Shown here piece by piece: positions 1 to 11,469 of a DNA stretch of 64,000 bases (position 1 is its first letter; every line of letters begins with the position of its first letter). A program made the translations under genes and the position numbers. The notes below the pieces were generated by a model. It did no database searches and was not told where the DNA came from. It saw only the letters and a program-made list of their open reading frames with translations. The stretch comes from Carcharhinus amblyrhynchos (taxonomy: Eukaryota), in contig OZ336873.1 of NCBI GenBank assembly GCA_965287045.1, forward strand, positions 71,424,001 to 71,488,000, in the 5' to 3' direction.

Positions 1-372
1 TCCTACAAGGCATTTGCCAAATTTGATGGCTTTTGAGAAAATAAGCAATTATTCAAATGAATGGAAGAGTATACAAAGGACTTTAATGGATCAAATAAAA
101 GCTTGAGGGAATTCATTTTGGAGATCCAGGGATCTGTTGTCATTTTAAATTGTTGGATTGTGTTATGGTTTGGCCAGACTTCTGGTTATAATTTGAGATC
201 AGTTCTCAGAAAGGGAAACCAAGTGGATCAAATGTCTACTACCTTGAAAAATTCCTGGGAAAACAGTAGTTTCTTTAAATTTTATGGAAAAATGCAGCAT
301 TCTGTTGTGACACAAACTATAGAGGATGCAATGATTGATATCTTCCAAAATGGGCATGTACTGGATGCAGAC

Positions 373-1108
373 ATAGAACATAGAACATAGAACATAGAAC
401 ATAGAACATAGAACACTACAGCACAAACAGGCCCTTCGGCCCACAAGTTGCGCCGACCACATCACCTACCAACCTACAGACCTATCTATAACCCTCAATC
501 TCATTAAACCCCATATACTCATCCAGAAGTCTTTTAAAAGATCCCAGCGAGTTCGCCTCCACCACCACTGACGGCAGCCGATTCCATTCACTCACCACCC
601 TCTGAGTGAAAAACTTACCCCTAACATCACTTCTGAACCTCCCTCCCCGCACCTTAAATCTGTGTCCTCTCGTAGCGACCATTTCAAACCGGGGAAATAG
701 CCTCTGAGAGTCCACCCTATCTATCCCTCTCAACATTTTGTAAACTTCTATCAGGTCGCCTCTCAACCTTCGTCTCTCCAGGGAAAAGAGTCCCAGCTCC
801 CTCAACCTAACTTCATAAGGCATGCCTCCCAGTCCAGGCAACATCCTTGTAAATCTCCTCTGCACCCTTTCAATAGCTTCTACATCTTTCCTATAGTGAG
901 GCGACCAGAACTGCGCACAATACTCCAAATGAGGCCTGACAAGGGTCTTATAAAGTTCCAGCATTACCTCCCGACTCCTAAACTCAATCCCTCGATTAAT
1001 GAAGGCCAGTACACCATACGCCTTCTTGACCACCTCCTCCACCTGCGAGGCCGATTTAAGAGTCCTGTGGACCCGGACCCCAAGATCCTTCTGCTCCTCA
1101 ACACTACT
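373..1108 (-). mobile_element. 5'-truncated young CR1 LINE (3' end of ORF2 plus tail)
   Basis: Intact ORF 482..1042 (LYKTLVRPHLEYCAQFWSP ... RRRLRGDLIEVYK ... FFTQRVV) and a (GTTCTAT)n microsatellite tail at about 373-414. Confidence 0.95.
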
Positions 1109-2285
1109 CAGACTTCTCAGACATTAGTACAATGGGAGTGGTGCGGACTGATAAAATGAAAGAAAAATAAATTTAACAGATCTGGATATCACAGCAGATA
1201 ACTGAATTGGAGCAAGAATAATGAACAAATCAATCTCAGGAATGTCCAAACTATTTGACTTGAAATATCTTTAAGTGATTGACTGCTCAAAACTACACAT
1301 GTCACAAAGAATTCTGCAGCAGAAGATAAAAATGTTCATGAATACAATGATCTGTACACTCACAATGGGTTTTAGTTTTATGATTAATCTGTTTGGCATT
1401 GGCTTGTTTAACTGTGCAATGTTAGACAGTATATGCACTTCAACTGTATGTGGGACAGATTATTTCAAATGTTAACATGATTCACTAAGTATCAATGCAA
1501 AATTAAGGGATATAAGAGTACAAATTGCTTTAAGTTTGATGATAAAGACACACTAAAGTCACTAAGAGTTGACATTCCATCAAGTTGGAGTAAGCTAGCC
1601 ATACGCTGTTTATCAAAATTTCTATGGAAAAACACGAATGGAACTTATAATCGAAAATGTAAAGTGGTGGTTTTGGGAAAATCAGTGAATTTGCAGTTCA
1701 CCTGGTCAGAGTATCATTGCAGCTCTTAATAAAACTATATTTCTCATTTACGTGTTAGATTAATATTAATGGTGTCAGGTGATTAGAGAACTAGACTGTG
1801 AAATTAGAAAGGGAAAATAAATAAATTGTCTTTTACTTACATTTAAAAATTGGTTCATCTTATATCTGTTGGTTAAAAATCCTGCAAAAAGATGCAGATG
1901 TGGTTGATGAAGAGCATACAGGACTAACTGAAGAGATCAGTGAGAAGTGGGAAAACTGCAAATAGTATTGGAGGATGGTTCCATGTTCAGTTGTGAGCCT
2001 GTATTTGCACATCACTTTAACAAGATGGATCTATCTATTGGTATGGGACATGGAGAGGACTATTTTCATTTGACATTTTATAAGCCTAGCGATCAGATTT
2101 TGTCTTTCTTTCTGTGATAATACTCAGCAGAAAAAAAGGATGATGATTATTGACCAAATCATGGAGCAATTGATAGGGACTGGAATTGAAAAAACAAAGT
2201 TTATGACTGACACTTGGACAGGATTTGGAAATAACACATTTTGAGACATGTGGAAAGTTGAACATGTCATGAAGCTGCAAGTCTT

Positions 2286-2782
2286 AAGAACATAAGAACA
2301 TAAGAAATAGGAGCAGGAGTAGGCCATCTAGCCCTTCGAGCCTGCCCCGCCATTCAATAAGATCATGGCTGATCTGAAGTGGATCAGTTCCACTTTCCCG
2401 CTTTCTCCCCATAACCCTTAATTCCCTTGTCTGTCAAAAACCTATCTACCTGTGACTTAAATATATTTAGCGAGGTAGCCTCCACCACTTCAACGGGCAG
2501 AGAATTCCAGAGATTCACCACCCTTTGAGTGAAGAAGTTCCTGCTCAACTCCGTTCTAAACTGCACCCCCCTTGCCTTGAGGCTGTGCCCTCTCGTCCTG
2601 CTGTCCTTTCTAAGCGGGAAGAATCTCTCTACCTCTACCCTATCCATCCCTTTAATTATCTTATACGTCTCTATAAGATCCCCCCTCATCCTTCTAAACT
2701 CCAACGAGAACAGACCCAGTCTATTTAGTCTCTCTCCATAGTCTAACCCCCTCATCTCCGGTATCAGCCTAGTGAATCTCCT
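2286..2782 (-). mobile_element. 5'-truncated young CR1 LINE
   Basis: ORF 2384..2755 is the CR1 ORF2 C-terminus; (ATGTTCTT)n tail; same 3' UTR as the copies at 37262 and 48340. Confidence 0.95.
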
Positions 2783-4924
2783 TCTACACTGTACAGATTC
2801 TATGTCTAAAAAAAAATTCAGCTCAAAGAGAGAGAGTGAAAGTTTATATTAAGAGAAAGCACGATGAAAGAGATGGAAAATAAGTGCAATTTTCTTCTGT
2901 TTTCACTGTTGGTCAGCACTTATAATATTTAGGTAGAAAATAAGAAAGTGCATTGCAAATAGAGATTGTGGTTCTGGAACTGCTTCTTGGATCGGCCAAA
3001 TGAACAATGATGTATCAGAGAAAAAGCTTCCAAAAATGTGCGAGGGAAGGTCTCACGTGGGAGTCCCAACGGACATCCAAGTACAAGTGGAAGCCAACCT
3101 TTATTCAATGTTATAACTTGAATAGGTTAAACGAGGAAGCCCAAACCTTTCCAGTCACAGAATCCAGTTTGATCTCCCAAGATTACTGATGCTAAGAAAG
3201 ATTTGTAGAATTAGTACAATAAAATAATTTTTTTGCATGATAGGTGCAAATGTACAAAACAAACTTATAAAAGCCTTTTCTATTTCTTCTATGTATAGAT
3301 TTATTGTAATTTAAGAGTTCTCTTTTTCAATAAAGTACATAAGTCATATCTTCTTTTTGTCATATTAATGGGAGAAGTGATGCTTCTTCTTTTGCTCACA
3401 AATTTTTTTGGTATGAGTGCTGCCAGAGTTCTCATTTCAGACATGCGTGCTCACACACGCTCTGTCTCTCACACACATTCACACCTCTCTCTCACACAAA
3501 CACTCATATCGGGCAGGACTTTCCACCTGTGCTCATCCTAAAACTGTAAAATCTAGCCGGAGGTCAACAGACCTTAGCATTGTCCGCGCCCCCCCCTCCC
3601 CCAACTACAATTCCTATGGCATGCAGGATGGGAAAATTCCCCCTGTCGACACTCATTCTCACTTCTCGCTTACACGCATACCCTCTCACAGACACAGAAA
3701 CACAAAGGGGTGATTTTAACAGCTCACTGTCTTTCGGTGTGGCAAGCCAGTAAGATCATAAGAGAGGTTAAAAATTCGGTTCGCACCCAGTTTCTTGCCT
3801 TTCATGATCTTAACCATGCTGGATTGTTGGCGTAATCAACCTCATGCCTGGGAAGGGCGTGAAGTAAATTTAAATACTGAAACCTGAATTTAAATATTAT
3901 TAGTGAGCGTTGAATGCAATCGCCCAGAGAGGATCATGTATAGTCCCTATCAATGGGGACCTGTCATTATGGCCTTGCCAGTGGGACCAGAAGCCATTGA
4001 AGACCCCTGGGAGGTAGGGGGGCAGTGCCAGCATGGAACTGCAGCCTGGGACCCTGGCACTGCCCACTGGACAACCTGAAACTGCCCAGTGCCAAGGAGT
4101 AGGGTCTGAAGAGGGCAGGGCTTAAGTGGAAGGAAGAGAACTGCACACTCTGGAATTGGGGATTTCCAGGGGAGCAATCATCCAGAGGGATGGAGCTAGG
4201 AAGTATTAGGAAGTATTGGAGTGGCTATTCGTTGGCGAGGGTTGGATCAGGGATGGGGAGGCAGAGGCTAGTGATCGAGAAGTGAAGTGGAAGACAGTGA
4301 TCGGGGGAGTGATATCCAAGGATTTTTAGGGAGTGGGGGGATGATATCTGGGGATGTGTGGAGTGAGAGATCTTTTGGTGTACTGTCTGCACTGTGTAGT
4401 ACAGTGAGAGATCAATGCATGCGTGATAGTGCCATCTAGTGGCATCTAGTGTGAGCAGCCAACTTTTCGGCAAGGACAGATGCCGTCCACTCCCTCTACG
4501 GGCATGAATCACATGTTGCCTCTTGTTTTTAACTAAATGCCTTTAGGTTCCACCTGAGAACTTGCCAAAAAAATTGGTGCAATTCTCTTCCGTTTTCACT
4601 GTTGGTCAGCGCTTATAATATTTAGGTAAGATTGCCCCCAAACACCCTCTCACATACAAGCACAGACAAGCTCCACTCTCTTGAGCACACAGACTGTCAC
4701 TCTGACCTCTCTATCCATTACTCTGAGGCAATTTCTTCTCCATTGCTCTGTGACCACAGGCTTCCCATCTTCTGAGACCCCTTTCCCTTCCCAGCTCTGA
4801 GGCTGCTTCTCATCACACTCTCCTAGGCTGCTTCCACTCCTGTCCTGTGAGACCATTTTCCCTCACACCTTCAGAGGCTGTTTTCTCTCCTACCCTCAAA
4901 AGCTGCTTCTCCTTCTGCCCTCAA

Positions 4925-5610
4925 TTTGATTTGATTTGATTTATTATTGTCACATGTATTAATATAGTGAAAAATATTGTTTATTGCATGCTCTACAGAC
5001 AAAACATATGTTCATAGAGAAGGAAAGAAGAGAGTGCAGAATGTAATGTTACAGTCATAGCTATGGTGCAGAGAAAGATCATCTTAATGCAAGGTAGGTC
5101 CATTCGTAAATCTGACAATGGCAAGCTGTTCTTGAGTCGGTTGGTGCATGACCTCAGACTTTTGTATCTGATTTGATTTGATTTAATTTATTATTGTCAC
5201 ATGTGTTAGCATACAGTGAAAAGTATTGTTACATGTGCACTGTACTAAGCATATTGTTCGTAGAGAAGGAAACGAGAGAGTGCAGAATGTAATGTTACAG
5301 TCATAGCTAGGGTGTAGAGAAAGATCAACGTAATGCAAGGTAGGTGCACTGAAATGTCTGATGACAACAGGGAAGATGTTGGTTGGTATGTGATCTCAGA
5401 GTTTTGTATCTTTTTCTCAATGGAAGAAGGTGGAAGAAAGAATGTCCAGGATGCGTGGGGTCCTTAATTAAGCTGTCTGCTTTACGAAGGCAGCAGAAAG
5501 TGTAGACAGAGTCAATAGATGGGAGGGTGGTTTGTGTGATGGATTGGGCTACATTCACAACCATTTATAGTTTCTTGCAGTCTTGGGCAGAACAAGAGGC
5601 ATACCAAGCT
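4925..5610 (-). mobile_element. Two tandem 3' ends of a Rex1/Babar-like LINE
   Basis: A ~245-bp unit beginning tttgatttgatttattattgtcacatgt occurs at ~4925 and ~5170. ORF 5325..5564 (AQSITQTTLPSID...IKDPTHPGHSFFHLLP) is the C-terminus typical of this clade. Confidence 0.75.
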
Positions 5611-5834
5611 CGTCATATAGACTTTCCTCCAAGCCATTTACCATCCTGACTTAGAACTATATCACTATTCCTTCACTTTTGCTGGGTCAAAATCCTAGAA
5701 CTCCTCCCACACCAACCCCCTCCCCATTAACAACACTGTGGGTGTACCTACACCACATGTACTGCAGCAGTTTAAGAAGATGGCTTACCTTTACCTTTTC
5801 AAGGGCAATATGGGATGAACAATAAAAATGCTGA

Positions 5835-8493
5835 AAATGAAAGAGATTAGGGTGCTGAACTGGGGGAAGGTGAGCTATAGCCGGATTAGGAAGGAGCTGA
5901 ATGATACTGATTGGGAGGGGTTGTTAGCAGGCAAGTCCACAGTTGGCAAGTGGGAGGCTTTCAAGGGTAAACTGATAATGTTGTAGGGAAGGCATGTGCC
6001 AGTAAAGAGGAAGGATGGGAAAGGCAGGATTAGAGAGCCATGGATCACAGGGGATATTGAGGACTTGGTCAGGAAGAAGAGGGCGGCATATATTAGGTCG
6101 AAACAACTGGGAATCGAGACAGCGCTGGAGGAATATAGAGAGAGTAGGAGGGAGCTTAAAAGGGGAGTTAGAAGGGCGAAAAGGGGGCATGAAATGGCTT
6201 TGGCTGATAGGATTAAGGATAATCCAAAGGCATTTTACTCTTATATTATGAACAAGAGAGTAGTTAGAGGGAAAATCGGTCCTCTTAAGGACAAAGGAAG
6301 GGAGCAATGCATCGAGTCCGAGGGAATGGGGGAGATCCTGAATGAATACTTTGTGTCGGTATTCACAAAGGAGAGGGGTTTGGTGTCTTGTAATGTCTTG
6401 GAGGGAGCTGTAGATCATTTGAAGGAAATATCCATTACAAGGGAGGAAGTGTTAGGGTTTTTAGGTATCATAAAAACGGATAAAGCTCCGGAGCCTGATG
6501 GCATTTATCCCAGGCTGCTTAGGGAGGTGAAAGATGAAATTGCTGGACCTCTGACGCAAATCTTTGTCTCTTCTTTGGACACAGGTGAGGTCCCAGAGGA
6601 CTGGAGGGTAGCTAATGTGGTACCGCTGTTTAAAAAGGGCAGTAGGGATAACCCTGGTAATTACAGACCAGTGAGTTTGACATCGGTGGTAGGAAAATTA
6701 TTGGAAAAATTTCTTAGGGATAGGATGTATAAGCATTTGGAGCGTTGTGAACTGAATAGGGATACGCAACGTGGCTTTGTTCGGGGGAGGTCTTGCCTTA
6801 ACGAATCTGGTAGAATTTTTTGAGGAGGTGACAAAAACAGTTGACAATGGGCAAGCCGTTGATGTCATCTATATGGATTTCAGTAAGGCGTTTGACAAAA
6901 TCCCTCACGGTAGGCTGGTAGAAAAAGTTAAGGCACATGGGATACAAGGATAGGTAGCTAGATGGATTGAAAACTGGCTAGGCAATAGGAGACAGACAGT
7001 AGTAGTGGAAGGGTCCTTTTCTGGCTGGAGGTCTGTCACCAGTGGTGTGCTGCAGGGCTCAGTACTGGGACCTCTTCTTTTTGTAATATATATAAACGAC
7101 TTGGAAGATGGCATACGTGGTGTGACCAGCAAGTTTGCAGATGACACCAAGATGGCAGGATTGGCGGATACTGAGGAAGATTGTCAGGTGACACAGCAGG
7201 ATATAGATAGGTTGGTACATTGGGCAGATAAATGGCAGATGGAATTTAATCCTGACACATGCGAGGTGACGCATTTTGGAAGGAATAATGCAGGGAGGAG
7301 TTACATGATAAAAGGTAGACCAATTAAGAGTATAGAAATGCAGAGGTACCTGGGAGTGCAAGTGCACAAGTCTCTGAAGGTGTCAACACAGGTGGAGAAG
7401 GTTGCAAAGAAAGCTTATGGAATGCTAGCCTTTATAGGAAGGGGTATAGAGTATAAGAGTCTAATGCTTCAGTTGTACAGAACGTTGGTTAGACCGCATT
7501 TGGAGTACTGCGTCCAGTTCTGGTCACCTTACTACTGGAAGGACGTGGAGACCCTGGAGAGAATGCAGAGGAGGTTTACCAGGATGCTGCCTGGTATGGA
7601 AGGACTGGCTTATGAGGAAAGATTGGGAAAACTCGGGCTCTTTTCCTTAGAAAGATGGAGATTAAGGGGGGATCTGATAGAGGTGTATAAAATAATGAAG
7701 GGTATAGATAGAGTCAACAGTGGCAGGCTTTTCCCTAGACTGGGGACAACTATCACGAGAGGTCACGATCTAAGGGCGAGGGGGGAGAAGTATAATTTGG
7801 ATACTAGAGGAAGGTTTTTCACACAGAGGGTCGTGGGGGTATGGAATGCGCTACCAAGTAAGGTGGTGGAGGCAGGCACGCTGGACTTGTTTAAGGTTTA
7901 CTAAGATAGGCACATGAGTGAAACAGGGATGGAGGGTTATATAAGATGGTTTTAAAAAGGGTCAGAGCCTCGGGTCGATACTGGAAATGTAATAGTACAT
8001 GTTAATGTTTTGTCTCTTTAAATCCACAGGTGTCGGTCTACTTTGTTGTCAAACGAGGGGCATGCACACGGTGGGTCGTGCGTGGGCTGCTCTTGGATGT
8101 TTCGAGAGTAGCCTAGTACTTCGTGTCAATGTGTGTGCTTAAACCTGGACCAGCAGACGGGCACCACAACAGCTCAGTGACTATCACTGCTAGCTGTGCA
8201 GATACATGGATTTGGGCCTGTGTCTGTGGGAGTTTGCGCATTCTCCCTGTGGTTGCGTGGGTTTCCTCCGGGTGCTCCAGTTTCCTCCCACACCCCAAAG
8301 ATGTGCTCTTAGGCTGATTGGTGTACCAAATTGACCCTACACTATTCTCCCCTGAATTTGGCTACAATAGGGGTACCATCCGCACACACACGGGGCAAGG
8401 TAGGTGTAGGAAAATGCTTTAAGATGGTGGCGCGGGCTCATTGGGCCGAAGGGCCTGTTTCCCATGCCGGGTTGTTCTTTGTTTTGTTCTTTG
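5835..8493 (+). mobile_element. CR1 LINE, ORF2 fragment with RT domain (frameshift and stops) and a long 3' UTR containing a V-SINE-like body
   Basis: ORFs 5996..6823, 6771..6953 and 7005..7904 carry NYRPVSLTS, DFSKAFD, QGSVLGP and KFADD. The UTR runs to a (TTGTTCT)n tail at about 8493. Confidence 0.9.
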
Positions 8494-8679
8494 TACTGCA
8501 GAATAGACACGTGTATCTGGTGCAATTTAACGTAGGGACATGTGAGGCAATAGATAATTGGAGAAAAATAAAGGAACAGAAGTATATATTTAATGGAAAG
8601 AAGCCAAAAGGCTCTGGATGAATGTGGGCCACATTTGAGTTCAAGCACATATTTCATAACGACAAGGCTACAGACAGCA

Positions 8680-11460
8680 ACAATGCTTTCTATGGTGCAT
8701 CCGTAAAAGTTGGTGAGAGTCTTGGCTGACATGCCAAAACTCCCTTCGTCTTCTGAGAAAGTAGAGGTGTTGGTGGTCTTTCTTAACTATAGTGCCAGCA
8801 CGGGGGTACCAGGAAAAGTTGTTGGTGATCTGGACACCGAAAAACTTGAAGCTCTCGACCCTTTCTACTTGTCCCCATTGGTGTAGACAGGGGCATGTTC
8901 TCTTCTACACTTCCTGAATCTGATGACAATTTCCTTTGGTTTGTTGAAACTGAGGGAGAATTATTATCACCTCACCAGTTTACCAGATTCTCTATCGCAT
9001 TCCTGTACTCTGTCTCACCATTGTTTGAGATCCGATTCACTATGGTGGTATCATCAGCAAACTTGAAAATTGAGTTGAAGGGGAATTTGGCCACATAGTC
9101 ATAGGTGTATAAGGAATATAGTCGGGGCTTAGAACACAGCCTTGTGGGGCACTGGTGTTGAGGATTATCATGGAGGAAATGTTGTTGCCTATCCTTAATG
9201 ACTGTGGTCTTTGGGTTAAGAAGTTCGGGGTCCAGCCACACAGCAAGGAGCTGAGGCCCAGGCCAAGGAGTTTAGAGATGAGTTTCATAGGAATAATGGT
9301 GTTGAAGGCTGAGCTGTCGTCAATAAATAGGAGTCTGTCAGAGATGTCTTTGTTGCCTAGGTATTTCAGGGTTGAGTGCAGCGTCAGGGAGATGGCGTCT
9401 GTTGTGGACCTCATGCAGCAGTAGGCAATAGTGGATACAGACAGTTCAGGGTGCTGGAATTGATTCGTGCCATGACTAGACTTTCAAAGCACTTCATAAT
9501 GATGGATGTCAGAACAACCAGTCGATAGTCATTAAGGCACACTGCTTGGCTTTTCTTTGGCACTGGAATGATGATCATCTTGAAGCAGATAGGGAGCTCA
9601 GATTTACTGTAATGAGTAGTTGAAGATGTCTGCGAATACCCCAGCCAACTGATCTGTGCAGGGCTTGAGTGCTCGTCAGGGTACCTAGTCATTTTCCGTG
9701 GGTTGACCTTCAAAAAAGCTGCTCTAACATCTGCAATGGTGTCCTCAGATACAGGTTCATCCAAGGTTTCCAGGGTGGAAGGCATGCTCTCACTGACCTC
9801 TTGCTCAAACAGGCATAGAATGCATTGAGCTCATCAGGGAGGAATTCATTGGAGCCAGTGATTTCACGTGCTTTCATCTTGTAGCCTGTATGTGTTGCAG
9901 ACCTTACCATAGTCAGCAGGGGTTTTGTGTGACTAGCCTGGGACTCTAGCTTGGTCCAACATCTTTGATGGATCTTCTTAGATCGTATCTGGCTTTCTTG
10001 TATAGGTCAGGATCAACTAACTTGAATGCCTTAGTCGTGGACTTCAGCAAGCAGTGGATATCCCTGTTCAGTAAGAAGTCTCACAACACCAGGTTAAAAT
10101 CCATCGAAGAATATTGCGCAACATTGGTCTGAGGAATTGGATGATCTCCTATGGAAATGCTGGGGTCAGTGGACTGGTCAGTATTTAAAAACTCTGCGAC
10201 CAGCCTGAATGAGTACACAACTACAGTAACTGACTTCATTAGTGTGTCGAAGATTGTGTGCCAAAGAAGCAAGCGTGCGTTTCCCAGCAGAAACCATGGA
10301 TGAACAGAGATAGTCATGACATGGACATGCCGGCATTGGACTGGGGTAAACTCAGTAAGAAGTCCCACAACACCAGGTTAAAGTCCAACAGGTTTATTTG
10401 GTAGTAAACGCCACTAGCTTTTGGAGTGCTGCTCTTTCGTCAGGTGAGTGGAGAGTTCTCCACTCTGTTTCAGAACTCTCCATTCACCTGACGAAGGAAC
10501 AGCATTCCAAAAGCTAGTGCTGTTTACTACCAAATAAACCTGTTGGACTTTAACCTGGTGTTGTGGGACTTCTTACTGTGTTTACCCCAGTCCAATGCCG
10601 GCATGTCCATGTCATGACTATCTCTGTTCACCCATGGTTTCTGCTGGGAAACACACGTTTGCTTCTTTGGCACACAATCTTCGACACACTAATGAAGTCA
10701 GTTACTGTAGTTGTGTACTCATTCAGGCTGGTCGCAGAGTTTTTAAATACTGACCAGTCCACTGACTCCAGCATTTCCATAGGAGATCATCCAATTCCTC
10801 AGACCAATGTTGCGCAACATTCTTTGATGGATTTTCCAGCTTCAGTTTTTGCTTGTAAACTGGGAGCAGGAGCACAGCCTTGTAGTCTGATTTGAAAGTG
10901 TGGACGGGCGATAGAACGGTAGGTAAGATTGATATTTGTGTAGCATTGGTCTAGGATGTTTAGGCCTCTGGTGGAACAGGAAAAGTGTTGGTGGTAACTT
11001 GGTGGTACACTCCTGAGCTTGGCCTGATTTAAGTCCCTGACCATGATGATCAAGGCCTCGGGATGTTTCGTTTCAAGACTAGTAGTGGTATATACTTTGT
11101 CCAGTGTGGTCTTCAGTCTGTATGGGGCAGGATATAAACTGCCATGAGGATAACAGAGGTGAACTCCTGCGGAAGGTAGTAGGTGCGGCATTTGAGGGTC
11201 AAGTATTTTAGGTCCAGGGAGCAGAAACTTGCCAGTGTTGCTATATCTAGGCATGACAAGGCGTTGATTAGGAAGCAGATCCCATCTTCCCTAGCCTTGC
11301 CTGAGGACATTTCGTGGTCCATTCGGTGGATTGAGAAGCCCTCTGGTTATAGGGCACAGTTCAGTGAAGGACTGAGCCACCTCTCCGTGAAACACAGCAC
11401 ACAGCAGTGCCTTAGTTGTCTTTAGAAAGTGAGTCTGGCTTTAAGTTCATCTAGCTTGTT
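8680..11460 (-). mobile_element. Degenerate Rex1/Babar-like LINE (APE endonuclease plus RT), interrupted at 10071-10617
   Basis: Fragments LFIDDSSAFNTIIP, APQGCVLSP, LYTYD, KFADDTT, CLNDYR and TRGLNILDQCYTNI in ORFs spanning 8972-11322. Confidence 0.85.
10071..10617. mobile_element. Penelope-like element termini in inverted arrangement, with captured flank
   Basis: Terminus CACCTGACGAAGGA..AAAGCTAGT..CAAATAAACCTGTTGGACTTTAACCTGGTGTTGTG.GACTTCTTACT is present in both orientations, plus a third partial copy at 10070-10098. Confidence 0.75.
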
Positions 11461-11469
11461 TTCCAGAGG

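Noticed and set aside
373-414. (ATAGAAC)n and similar short arrays as CRISPR-like repeats
   Set aside because: These are spacerless microsatellite tails of CR1 in a eukaryotic genome.
10081-10895. Pair of near-identical divergent ORFs as duplicated genes
   Set aside because: A by-product of the palindrome; they read across Penelope-type and antisense LINE sequence.
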